Of a stretch of DNA of 64,000 nucleotides, positions 13,761-25,394 are shown in pieces. The notes beneath the pieces were generated by a model. The model did no database searches, was not told where the DNA came from, and saw only the letters and a program-made list of their open reading frames with translations. The DNA lies in NCBI RefSeq assembly GCF_009914755.1, contig NC_060931.1. One strand, 5' to 3'. The stretch is from the human T2T-CHM13v2.0 reference genome, Homo sapiens. The position numbers and the translations under genes are program-made. Numbering within the stretch: position 1 is the first letter of the stretch; every line of letters starts with the position of its first letter.

Positions 13761-14360
13761 GTACACTCCAAAAACTTTCAGTGCAGGCTCTCCTGCACCC
13801 ATCACCTGACTCCTTCATTACTGATCATCAACCTTTTGCCCCTCCTAAATCCTAGATTTAGCACATATAACTTGAACCATCTTTTCTGATATCTTAACTT
13901 CTGAAGGCTTCTACTTCCTATTGCATCCTAACCTCATCTGGATAGACATTTCAAAACCTTCCCCACACCTCTCTAGGCTTTGGCTCATGGGGTCCTTCAT
14001 GCCTGTTTTCCTTTTCTTCACATTCCTGTTGAAAGCAACCTCTCCTATAAACCATCTGGATTAACTATGCCAACTGTTGGGGCCAACAGCACAGTTTTGA
14101 TTAAGCAAGACACTGGGACCATAGCCACCATTAAGTTCAAATTATCAAAGAGCTAAATGGTCTGGTTTGGGAAGACAGGGGCAGTGAGGACCTTGCCCCT
14201 CCTATGTCTCAGGGCATTTAAAAAATCTAGTTGATATGTAGTGATTCCATATCTGAGTGCCTGGGAGCACTCTTCTGTTAGCCTTGGAGCAACCTGAAGA
14301 TAAGAACTGGGTCTGCTTTTCAACCCTGGAGCCAACTCCCCAGTGGGGTAACATACTCAC

Positions 14361-14980
14361 CTAACCAACACTGGGATCTTGGGCATCTTCTTGGAGACTT
14401 TAAAGAAACTCGTGTCCCCTTTGTTGTCAGTAAAGTAAATGCCAGCCACACTGGTCACGAGGTTCCCAGGGAACGTGAACAGAACCCTTTCATCCTCCCC
14501 CTGGTTGGCCCAATCCCAGGCTTGTCCTCCTATGAGCAAGCCGCCACCACATTTCATGAACTTGACCAGCTTTTCTGTCATGGTTTCATTGTAGGCATCA
14601 ATACAGTAAACCCCCAGGGAGTCTTTCACTTCTGGCTCAACCTTTGCATCCACTCCAGAGCCCTCGAGGATTTTGGCCAAAGGTGCCAGGGATGGGTGTA
14701 CACCAATGGGAGCCCCAGGGGAAGAGCAAAGCCACCCCACTGCGTTCAGGAGAAAGGGCGTGAGCTGGGCTTCCACCAAGTAGTCCTCATGGGACACGAC
14801 CACCAGGCGGCCACGGCCATAGGAGGAGGCAGCAATGAGGACCTGGCCCATGTCATTCACCATCACAGGAAATGAAGCCTCTCCAATAAGAAGCAGTTCA
14901 CATGGAACAGCATCTTCGGGTACATCCCAGCTTGTCACACCATTCATAAGGGCCTCGAAGGCAGCAGAGGGAGTCGCCAT
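14361..14980 (-). CDS. TCAF1: TCAF1 first coding exon (ATG at 14980; whole exon 14361-14994 including 14 nt 5'UTR)
   Basis: [23 protein letters not shown]... recognised as the TCAF1/FAM115A N-terminus. Strong Kozak gagccATGg, acceptor ttcttctctgcag| at 14995/14994, donor TAG|gtgagt at 14361/14360. Confidence 0.96.
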
Positions 14981-15254
14981 GGCTCTATTGGTTTCTGCAG
15001 AGAAGAAAGCAAAGGCTCAGCTTAGCGAAGAATGGATAAACAAAGAAACAAATAGAGCAGTTCACTCTTCCAGTAGCTGGGCTATTCTTCCCACTATGCA
15101 GATGAGGCTGACACTGGGAAATGATTTAAGCACTCGGTGTTAGTGTCTGAAGTCCAGGAGACCCCAATGGGCCCTCTCCTCTTAAATTCTGCAGTCAAAC
15201 TTAGAGAGCTTGATACTTTTCCATCACAGAAGGAAACAAACAGAATGAAAGAAT

Positions 15255-15678
15255 GAGCAAGGAATTGTGTCCCCCAAAGAGATATTTTGAAGTCCTAACC
15301 CATAGGACTTATTTGGAAAGAGGTCTTCACAGATGTAATCAAGCTAAGATGAGGTCATATGTGATTCAAATGGGTCATAGTCCAATGACTGATGTCCTTG
15401 TAAGAGGACATTTGGAAACACAGGGGAGAATGCTATCAGAAAATGGGGGCAGAGATTGGAGCGATGAGTCTACAAGCCAAGGAAGACCAAGAATTGCTGG
15501 CAAACACCAGGAGCTAAGTGAGAGGCCGGGAACAGATTCTGCCTCAGAATCGCCACATTGCTGACACCTGGACTTCAAACTTCTAAGCCTTCAGAACTGT
15601 GAGATGATGTCTTCCTGTTATTTTAAGCCACCCCATTTGTGGTCATTTGCTACAGCAGCTGCTGGGAATTCATACAGT
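15255..15678 (+). mobile_element. MaLR solo LTR (MLT1B/C-like)
   Basis: gaattgtgtcccccaaa...gcagagattggagcgatg...caagccaagga...cagaactgtgaga...ttttaagccacc. Confidence 0.85.
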
Positions 15679-16339
15679 GGTGCGGCATGTTGTGCTCCCA
15701 GCCCATTCCATCCCTCTTGGCTCCCACACTAATCAGATTAATCCCAGCTTGGAGAACTCAGAACTTCCATCTGAAATGCCTGGGCTTTCAGAAAAGGTTC
15801 TTTGGTCAAAGCCACAGGCTAGGTAAGAGGAAAGTGGAAGTCCTCTGTGGTTTAAATGCAAGTCTCACATAACCAGGAGCAGAAGGTAACAAGATATGCA
15901 ATTACTGCAGCATCCTAATTGCACCTGGGATGCAGCTGACAAAAGTGTGGAGGTGAATTCACAAATATCCTCGGCTTCTTCACAATGAGATCCCCACTAA
16001 TGATGCTCTATAGTCTGACCTCTGCTATGAGCACTGTACTGAAACACTTCCTCCAAGGACAGATGTGTTTTCATGGTCAGGTCATGCAGGTTGTCTCATC
16101 CTCAGTGACCACTCAGCAGCACAGGACATCACTGCTCTTCAGTCCATGAGGCTGAACCACCTCTGTCAGTGCGGCCCGAGGTAACCTCTTTATATCCAAC
16201 CTCTAGAACCACTTACTTTCTGTCCTTTTCTGACCTCCTCTTGGAATATGCAGACAGCCCTTACAATTTAATCACTGGCCCTTACTACTTGTCTATCTCC
16301 CTTGTCAGATAATATGCTCACTCCCAACATAATACGCAA

Positions 16340-16545
16340 CCTGATTATAAACTTGGGCTCTGGAGTTATGGCAGTCTGAGTTTGAATTTCAGCTCTGTTG
16401 CTTAACAATTGTGAGACGCGGACAACACATCTCAGATTTAGTTTCATTATTAATTAAATAGGAATAATAATATCTGCCATATACGCTTGTCCTGAGGATT
16501 AAGGGAAATAACATAGGTTAAATGCCTTTTCATAAGTATTATTTA
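16340..16545 (+). mobile_element. MIR SINE
   Basis: ggctctggagt...gtttgaatttcagctctg...gtcctgaggattaag. Confidence 0.7.
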
Positions 16546-17099
16546 TATGCATAAACGTATATGTTTATAATTATTTGGTTAAGAATAAACCATTTAATTT
16601 AAGCATGTGAATAATAGAGAATTCTTGCAGTGGAAAAACAATTTAACCTAACATAGATTTTACAAGCACTGAATTGAGCATGTATTGATTCTGATTTAAT
16701 AGTTTTCATATTTTGGTACCATACTAATACTAACACTAACACTAATGCTAATTACTATTACATTCATTTCTCATATATCTCTGTGTACCCTTGAGAAAGC
16801 CCTTCACACAGGCTGTGGGCCTTCCACAAGCCAGGATAAAATAGCCCCAGTCTTGAGGTAACAAGTTCAAGACCATACTGGCCATTTATAGCCAGTCTCT
16901 AAACTAAAAAAGTCTTGAATTTATTAATTTCCCTCTAAGTGAGCTCTTTTAAGGCAAATTACATAAGCTCAACGTTTCTAGTAGTTAAACAGAAGCATTA
17001 ATGACCTACCTACCTCAGGGGACTATTGAGAAGATACTGATATGAACATTTGGTAAGCAAGAAGCTTGTCTCTTCCCTGCTCCTCCTGATGCCCACAAA

Positions 17100-17570
17100 T
17101 AATCAGGATAGCAAAGTGCACAGTGTCACAGTATGTCTCTTCTCCCTGCTGCTGCCATATCCAGCTGGTCACAAGTCCTATTAATGTCCTTGTTCATGGT
17201 TTCCAATCACACTGCCATTAACCTAGTTTAGGTCCTTAGTAATTCATGCCTGGACTCAACCGACCCAATTTCTAAGTTACCAAGACCTCTTCCCACCTTT
17301 ACTTTTCTAAAACCACTCTAATCATGTTATTTAATCTCAAAGCTCCACCTTGGTCTCTGGGGACCATCTACTGCCTCCTGGTGTGGACTGCCTGCAGAGC
17401 TGGCTGCTCCCTGGCTTTTCCTGCCTTTTCTCCTGCTGCCTTTCTCCCTGCAGCATCCCGTCTGCCAGGCGCCCTTGGACATGCCCTGTTTTCATTTTAG
17501 ATTATCTTCCTAATCTCTTTCCATTCTGTTCCCTCTCCCAAATCTTTCTATCTACGGAAATCCTGTCCTT
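17100..17570 (+). mobile_element. L2 fragment
   Basis: cagctggtcacaagtcc...catgcctggact...ctctaatcatgtta pattern. Confidence 0.5.
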
Positions 17571-17579
17571 CTAAGAGAA

Positions 17580-18940
17580 GATATGGCACAGAAAAGAAAA
17601 TATAAATGGCCACTTGTGTGGAAAAAATGCTCAATCTCACTAGTAGTCAAGTAATGGAAAATATATCATGTGTTGCTCATAATATTGTTAAAAAAGATGA
17701 TACTTCTTTCTAGGAGAAAGTGGAGGAGGAGAAGAAGGGGAAGGAGATGAAGATGAAGAAGACAAAGGTGGCTAGTAAAGTTTAATATTTGAAAGACTAA
17801 TAATGTTTAATACTTAAAAGACCATCACAATCGGCAGGAATGACGGAGAATGTCTGCGCTCTTTTTCAAAAACAATTTTATGGTGCCTACTTGGCTTCAA
17901 AGGTGTGCCTATCTTTAGACCCAACAACCTTTCTTCTAATAACCGTTCTTACAGAACTAAGAAGGGCAGTATCAAAGATATACGTACAGGATGCTTACTG
18001 CCACACAAAATTACAAAGGGAGATAAATGAAAACCTAGAAGTACAGACAGATAGACTAATGACAAAGAATGTTTCCTAGAACCATTTTTGATTCTTGTGG
18101 GTGCAGGATCTCTAACCCAAACCCACACCTATCCAACTTCCACATAGCCCCCAGATACCCCATTGTACCCAGCATAAGACCCTGTAGCACTGTCCCCAGC
18201 CATCTATCCACACACACCCACTAAAGAGTTGCCCATCAGAACCCTTCTCCCTCAGCCTCTGCTGCCTCTAACGCTGGCACGAGTACAAGCAGAACAGGGA
18301 CCTCACATATCTGTCTCACTAGTTGTTTTCTGAGCTAGTTCAAGGATGAGTTGAATATATTTTACATCCACCTAGAAGAATGTCCTAGATACATTTCAAG
18401 TGAAAATTTCAAGTCACTATGATATGCAGAACATGAAGTCATTTTTGTATGGGCAAAGATAATAGTAATAGTTGTAATTAGTAGTGGTAGTAATTATTAT
18501 TAGTAGTAGTAACAACACAATGCTTACCAGGTTCCTGGCATTACTACACGTGATTTCTGTAACTTATTTAATGCTGACAATAAACCTATGAGATATTTAC
18601 TATCACTATCCCCATTTTATGGATGGGCAAAACAAAAACTCCAAAATCATAATGCCCAGAGAATTAATTATTTGCTCAAAATCACACAGGTGCTAAGTGG
18701 TGGTGGATCTAGGATTCAAATCCAGGAAAGCCAGTGCTGGAGTCCATACTCTTAAGCACCAGGAATACATAAGTACCTGTTACATACCAGGCTTTTATAT
18801 GCATTGAAAATCTATGGAGGCCACATTTCAACATAATCACATTGATTACATTAGGAAGGAAAGAGGTGAACCATTTTCTCTGTCTTTATACAAATCTGCA
18901 TCCTTTGAATTGTTGTATGTATTGCTACTACAATGAGAAA
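17580..18940 (+). mobile_element. Degenerate L1ME 3' region, interrupted by a MIR (~18510-18760, minus)
   Basis: aaaatgctcaatctcactagtagtc, tttagacccaacaa, aaggatgagttgaatat; MIR motif ccccattttatggatggg...ggattcaaatccagg. Confidence 0.55.
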
Positions 18941-20294
18941 CAACACCGAGTTAATACAAATTCAGTTAAGCATGTAAACACACATTAAAAGATTAGGTAC
19001 AGTTTTTACATGATGAGGTAGACTGATCAACTGATCCTGGCTCACTGGACCTAAAAGGTCTTCCTCCATCTCTGATCAGGTTGTGCATCTGCCCATCTAT
19101 AAATTTGATTTCCTCCTCTATGGGGGTCCCTTGAACTCTGCAGCTGGTTGTGTCCCCACTTTAACCAGCTATCAGTGACTCCATCACTTGACTTTTGAAC
19201 CAAATGCTCCCTCTCTATGCCCGAATCCATGTTTGTCCTCCAAGCTTGGTGAGCTCAAATGAATAAAACCTGGGGGAAATGTCCTTTCATTTCTCTCCCT
19301 AACCCCTCCCATGCTTCCTGCTTTCTTTCTCCTGGGCCCACCTCTGGCCCCTTTTAGCTTGCTGGAACCAAAGCCAACTCCAAAGCAGAAAGTATTGAAG
19401 GCACAACCTGTAACTCAGGGAGAGAGCAGAGCTTCCACTCCCACCACAGAGCAGCGCCATGGCTCGTAAACCTGGTTTTCCCTTTGAGAGATGCGTGGAA
19501 GGGCAGGTGGATGGAGGGCCATGCTGGATGCTGCACCACCCATATCCCGTATGGTAGTGTGATTTCAAATCCTGAAACTAGAGTAAGTGTCTGAGGCCAG
19601 AGTATACATTTTATTCTTTGGATGAATAGACATTCCATGTCTGGATGATTAAATGACAGATGAGGGTATAAGGGTAAACCCAGGATCATTTTTTCAGCAA
19701 CTAGCTAGCCTGACCTCGAAAACTGGTTTATATTACACACATTCAATTCCATAGGTCTTCTCTCCTTCATGCTGTTTTTTTCTCATGAACCTTCTGTTTC
19801 TTTTCCTTTCTATATCCAGTGTCTTTTCCAAGACATCGGGCTAGTTCAACCCCTTTTTTGAATTCTGTCCTAGACATTCCCAGCTCAGTCTTATTTTTCA
19901 CTTAAGATTGTTTAATTCATACACCTGTAAGAATATGGAATACATGTGGAGGGATATAGATGGTAATAATAAAACAATCTGAAAAATTAAACAAACTCCC
20001 ATATACCTACCATTCAGCTTAAAAAATAGACCTTTACCACCATCTTTGAAGCCCCTCCTGTGATCCTCCCCATTCAGCCCCTCTACCATCCCCATAGGAG
20101 TAAGCAGGGTTGGAGTCTTTGCTTCTTCTAGTCCTCTATTTCTACCTTACCGAACTGCCTTCTTAATTCTCAAGTTCCCCAGAGGCTCTGTCTTTCTCTT
20201 ACTCCTATTCTCTCACTTCTCTCCTAGGTCACTCAAGAGGATGACATAATTGAGGAGCACAAGCCCAGGAGTGAGAAGACCTGGGTATTATTAC

Positions 20295-20500
20295 CTTTTT
20301 AAATGTGGGCGCTGCCTACCCCCCAGCTGTTGATCTGCGTGCCTCAGGGAGTATTCTATCAAATGCACAGTGTGTGAGAAGGATGTTCTAAACTCCCAGA
20401 GGCTGTCAGCACTCAGCTTGGAGTCTGGCGGGGCTCCACTCTCTTCTTTCCTCCCAGGCCCAAAGCCAGTCTGCAAAGAGCACAACGGTGACGTCTGAGA
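20295..20500 (-). other. Possible additional non-coding first exon (donor AAG|gtaata at 20295/20294)
   Basis: Good donor, near-CRE TGACGTCT at 20489-20496, adjacent (AC)21; the donor position is conserved in the inverted paralogue at 43808. Confidence 0.4.
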
Positions 20501-20562
20501 AGGGAGGGGGCTGGGGAGTGGGGGGCAGCCGGCAGGGAGGAGGGGAGCTCCTCCATGCGCGT

Positions 20563-20564
<2 letters not shown>

Positions 20565-20606
<42 letters not shown>
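20565..20606. repeat. (AC)21 microsatellite
   Basis: Read directly. Confidence 0.97.
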
Positions 20607-20608
<2 letters not shown>

Positions 20609-20729
20609 ACGCTCACTCAAGTCTCCAGGGGCCAGTGCCAGTGGGAGATAGAGCTCAGTCCCAAAGCCAGTGTTCACAAAGATCAAAGGGCAGTAGGACA
20701 GTAGGCCACAAGTAATGCTCTGTCACCAG

Positions 20730-21420
20730 CTACCCGCGACCCTGCTCAAGCCCCGGGCCTTCTCATCCGACAAAGCAGCGGATTAGACGCGGTTCTCTAG
20801 GTCAGGCCCTCAGGTAACTCAACCACACAAAGCAAGCACACACAAACATCAGATGTCAGAACCTGGAGAGGAGGAGCAATGCGGCAGGGGGATGCGGGAC
20901 CCAAGCGCAGAGGAAAATCACCAGCAGAAATACGGACACAAAGGGGATTCTCTGTCCCCGATGATTTCTGATTTCGGCACACCCAGACCCACGGCGCACC
21001 CATCGCGCCCCGCACCCCCGCCCCGGCCTCCCGCCCTGCCCTCCCCCCCGCAGCACCCAGGCCGAGTCCACCGTTGCTGGCCCCTTCTCCAGCCTGCCAG
21101 GCTTTTGGAGAGGGCCACTCACCAGGTCACCCTGCGATTTCCACGGGGGCAGGTGGGAGCGGGCAGAGCCTGGCGCAGAGAGGAATGCACAGGGAAGAGG
21201 CTTCCCTGTACCAGTGACTGGGCGACCGAGCCGGGATTTGGGAGCGGGGAGGAGGCTGGAGCTGGAGGAGAGGAGGGGTTTCCACGGGAGTCCCCTCCTC
21301 CCCACTTCCTCCCAGGCTGGAGTGGGAGCTCCAGGGGGCGGCGCTTGGCGGGGGACAGCGCTTCTTTGTGTCGCCGGCCCTGGTGGCTTGGCATTGCTGT
21401 GGCTTAGGGACGCCTGGAGA
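20730..21420 (-). promoter_or_regulatory. CpG-island promoter P3 with GC box GGGGGCGG (21334-21341)
   Basis: High CpG/GC content; similar to P1 and P2. Confidence 0.75.
21123..21300 (-). other. TCAF1: TCAF1 alternative non-coding first exon (P3); 5' end approximate
   Basis: Donor CTG|gtgagt at 21123/21122, ATG-free, inside a CpG island, GC box at 21334-21341. Confidence 0.68.
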
Positions 21421-21809
21421 CCCCATCCTGGCAGTGTGGACGGCTGTTTCATTAAAGATACAAACTTCTCTGACTCTACATTAGTAAGGGAAAGGCTGAG
21501 CAAATTGTGGGACAAACATTCTGCTTAGTATTATTCAGTTCTTAGGAAGAGCTTGAATCTCCATTTAGTCGGTGAATATACCGTGATATATTGCCAAGGG
21601 GAAAATACAAATTGTAGAAATTGTTGAATATGCTTTTGTTTTTATAGGAAAAACAAACCCCGTATATATTTGTATTATGGTGGGGAGAAGGGAAGGCTAC
21701 ATTTCTACCCATTAATATTGTTTAACTTGAGAAATAGGAGAGGTGCAACTTTTTATATAACTCTGCACTGTTTGCAGTTACGTGTCTTACTTTTGTAAAT
21801 TAAAAATAA

Positions 21810-22550
<741 letters not shown>

Positions 22551-23399
22551 ATATTCAAATCATCCTAAAATTCAATATTTCATATTTCAGGAAAATGCAT
22601 ACCTTTTAATCCTAACTGGGGTTTGAGTCCCAACCCAAGCCATACTCCCTTTCCCCATCTCCCTTCAACTCCCTTTCTCCAAATTGGATCATTAGGAACA
22701 AGTCAGAAGGCCATGTAGATAGGTGAGCTCCGCGGCAGGTTTTATGTAAAGGAAATGGCAGGGAGAGAAATCAAGAGAACCTGAATTCAAGATTCTGCCA
22801 AGTCAAGGCCCACCTGAGAGACAGTGAGCACATCTTTTATCTTCTCCAGTGTTCAGATTTTTCAGCTAAATGAAGCGGGCTAGTGACTGGCACTCACTAA
22901 GTCCCTTCCGGGTCTGCAATGTCAGGACTAACAGCACCGCAAGTTAAAACCCTGTAATACTGAATCTCGTGCAAAAATTTTAAATTCAGAACAAAAACGC
23001 ATACCTAAAAATAAACATTAATAATAAAGGACAAAATATACAAGGTAAGGGATGCAAGCTAACTTACCTCTCAGGATGGGGGCATGAGATTTGGTGGGGG
23101 GAAGGGGTTTTTAAGTGTTTTATTTCTTAGAAAGAAAGGGGGGTGGAGGAAGAGAGGGAGCGCTGAAGCAAAGGTGATAAAATGTCAGCATATAATAAAT
23201 CTGTCATATTATCTCCTGCGCGTAGCTTTGAAATATATTTCATAATAAAATAAAATATGTTGCTGGTTATGTTCCTGGAGAAGAAATGCAGTATGAAAGA
23301 AATAAGAGACTGGTAGAAAGAAGCTGAAATAGAAACAGCAATGGAGAAAGCGCAGGCAACCCTTTTTGAAAGACATCTACCTCCCTGGACCCAAAACCC

Positions 23400-23930
23400 A
23401 AGGGGGTCCCAGGCCAAAAACGCGACCACTTTGGCAGCCCCGCGTGCGCCCCCCTCGGCCGCGCTCCCCAAGGACCCCGACCCAGTGCCTCCTTCTCCCA
23501 CCCGCACCTCAGCGGACTGCATCGGGAGCCGCCCCTGAGTTGGTCCGTGTGCCCGGGCCTGCTCTGGTCCCCGAAACCAGCTTTGGACGAGACTCACCCT
23601 TTCGTCCAGCAATTTCCACACCAGGCTACTTTGGAGTGGGGAGTCTTCCACAGAGATGTGGGAAGGCGCTGGGGCAGACGCCTTGGGAATTTGCAAATTG
23701 GTAGTGAAGTGGCTAGGAGGAGGCGTGTGGGGGGAGGTGGGCTGCAGTGCAGACGGTTGGGGGTTGGGGCGTCCCCGGGAGCTGATTGGCTGCCGCGGGT
23801 GGAGGCGGAGCTTGGCCGCCGCCCCCGGACCGCAGAGGCCCGGCTTTGTGTCAGTTTCTACCCCAAGATGCCGCCCCAGATCCGGGATGGAGACCCAGAC
23901 GCCCGCCCTCAGAGTGCAGCAGGACGATTT
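23400..23930 (-). promoter_or_regulatory. CpG-rich promoter P2: CCAAT (ATTGG 23785-23789) and GC-box-like GGAGGCGGAG (23801-23810)
   Basis: CpG cluster; motifs read directly; same layout as P1. Confidence 0.78.
23598..23760 (-). other. TCAF1: TCAF1 alternative non-coding first exon (P2); 5' end approximate
   Basis: Donor AGG|gtgagt at 23598/23597, ATG-free, CpG-rich, CCAAT/GC box just upstream. Confidence 0.72.
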
Positions 23931-25085
23931 GTTTCAAAGTAAATCGTTGAGACTGTTCATTAACAAGGGAGCGATGGATAAATAATGATGATCTCTGTGT
24001 AAAATAATATACAACTATTTCCAAGGATGGGTTAAATCTACTTATATAAATCTACTTATATATTGCCTCTATCTATATATTTATATATTATTTTTAAAAT
24101 AAACATCTAACATAGTAAAAAACGTTCCATTTTGTGTAAAAAAAACTTCAAAACTGTTCATATGTACTTATATAAACACAGAAATTGTATGGAAGATAAA
24201 CTATTAGAACCAGTTACTTCAGACAGGAAAGTGGATTACTTGTTATTTTTTTCTTGATACACCTCATTAGCGTTTCAATAGTCACACGTATTATTTTGTA
24301 ATAAAAATAAATTTAATCAACTAAAAAACTACATAAAATATCCTCACCCAAGCAGCTGGCAGCGGCTTCTCTACAAATATGATTTCTCCCTGTGGAGAAC
24401 TTTGTTGCTAGTTCTGATCCATGTTATTTGAGTGGAACACGAGACTTGACCATGGAGCAGGAACTGGCTTTATGCCTGACCAGGTCCTGCACTCGCATCT
24501 ACTCATCTAACCTGGAGAGCTCAACTGTAAAACCTGGAGGAACCACTCATCTCTTTTTATGGCTGGTCCCCAGGGCCCCAGGGAGATTTGCATGGCCCCT
24601 GTCCTGTCTCCAGATTCCTCACCCCTCACTGCCCTGGCCCCTGTTTGCTGGGTACCTAAGGAAGGGTTGTCCTGGGACCAAACTGTTCTCTGGAAGAGAC
24701 CATCACAAAGCTTTCTCCCTTACTACAAAAGTGTAGTGTCCAGAGTGGACCTTCCAGGGGAAGGTGGCTTCAGTGGTGAAAGGGACAGGGTACGACATCC
24801 CATATAAATTAAGGGTTTCATTTCAACTGCTCCAACTACAGGAAGCATAGGTTAAGAACTCTATTTTATTCTTTCTATTCCCCACTTCAACTAGGTCACA
24901 AACAGGTGCTCTGTAATGTCCACTGGATGGATGGATGAAATGGGGTAAGAAAGAAAATCCTTAGGATCATTCCTCAAAAAAACAAACAGCAGCCTAAAGC
25001 AGAAAATGGATGAAATTACACACCTCCTGTGCTGTAAGTAAGTTTTCTCCTTCCTTCATGCTCTTTTAATGCTTCCTCAAATTTT

Positions 25086-25394
25086 ACCTTTTTTTTTTTT
25101 TTTTTTTTTTTTTGAGACAGGGTCTTGTGCTGGAGTGCAGTGGAGCGAGGCTCACTGCAACCTCGAACTCCTGGGCTCAATCGATCCGCCCACCTCAGCC
25201 TCCCCAGTAGCTGGGACTACAGATGTGCGCGCCATCATGCCCAGGGAGTTTTTGTATTTTTTTTTTTTTTTTTTTCTGTAGAGATGGGGTCTCACTTTGT
25301 TGCCCAGACTGGTCTTGAAGTCCTGGGCTCAAGTGATCCTCCTGCTTCCACTCCCAAAGTACTGGGATTACAGGCATAAGCCACCCTGTCTGGC
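25086..25394 (-). mobile_element. AluJ with 16-bp TSD
   Basis: TSD tgcttcctcaaatttt at 25070-25085 and 25395-25410. Confidence 0.92.

Noticed and set aside
15730-15744. Homeodomain palindrome TAATCAGATTA overlapping TAATCC
   Set aside because: Single short motif in probably repeat-derived DNA; a similar one occurs inside L1 near 7725.
23061-23070. Perfect minus-strand donor GAG|gtaagt at 23068/23067
   Set aside because: Lies in an L1-like 3' remnant with no convincing acceptor or TSS; could be cryptic but is unsupported.
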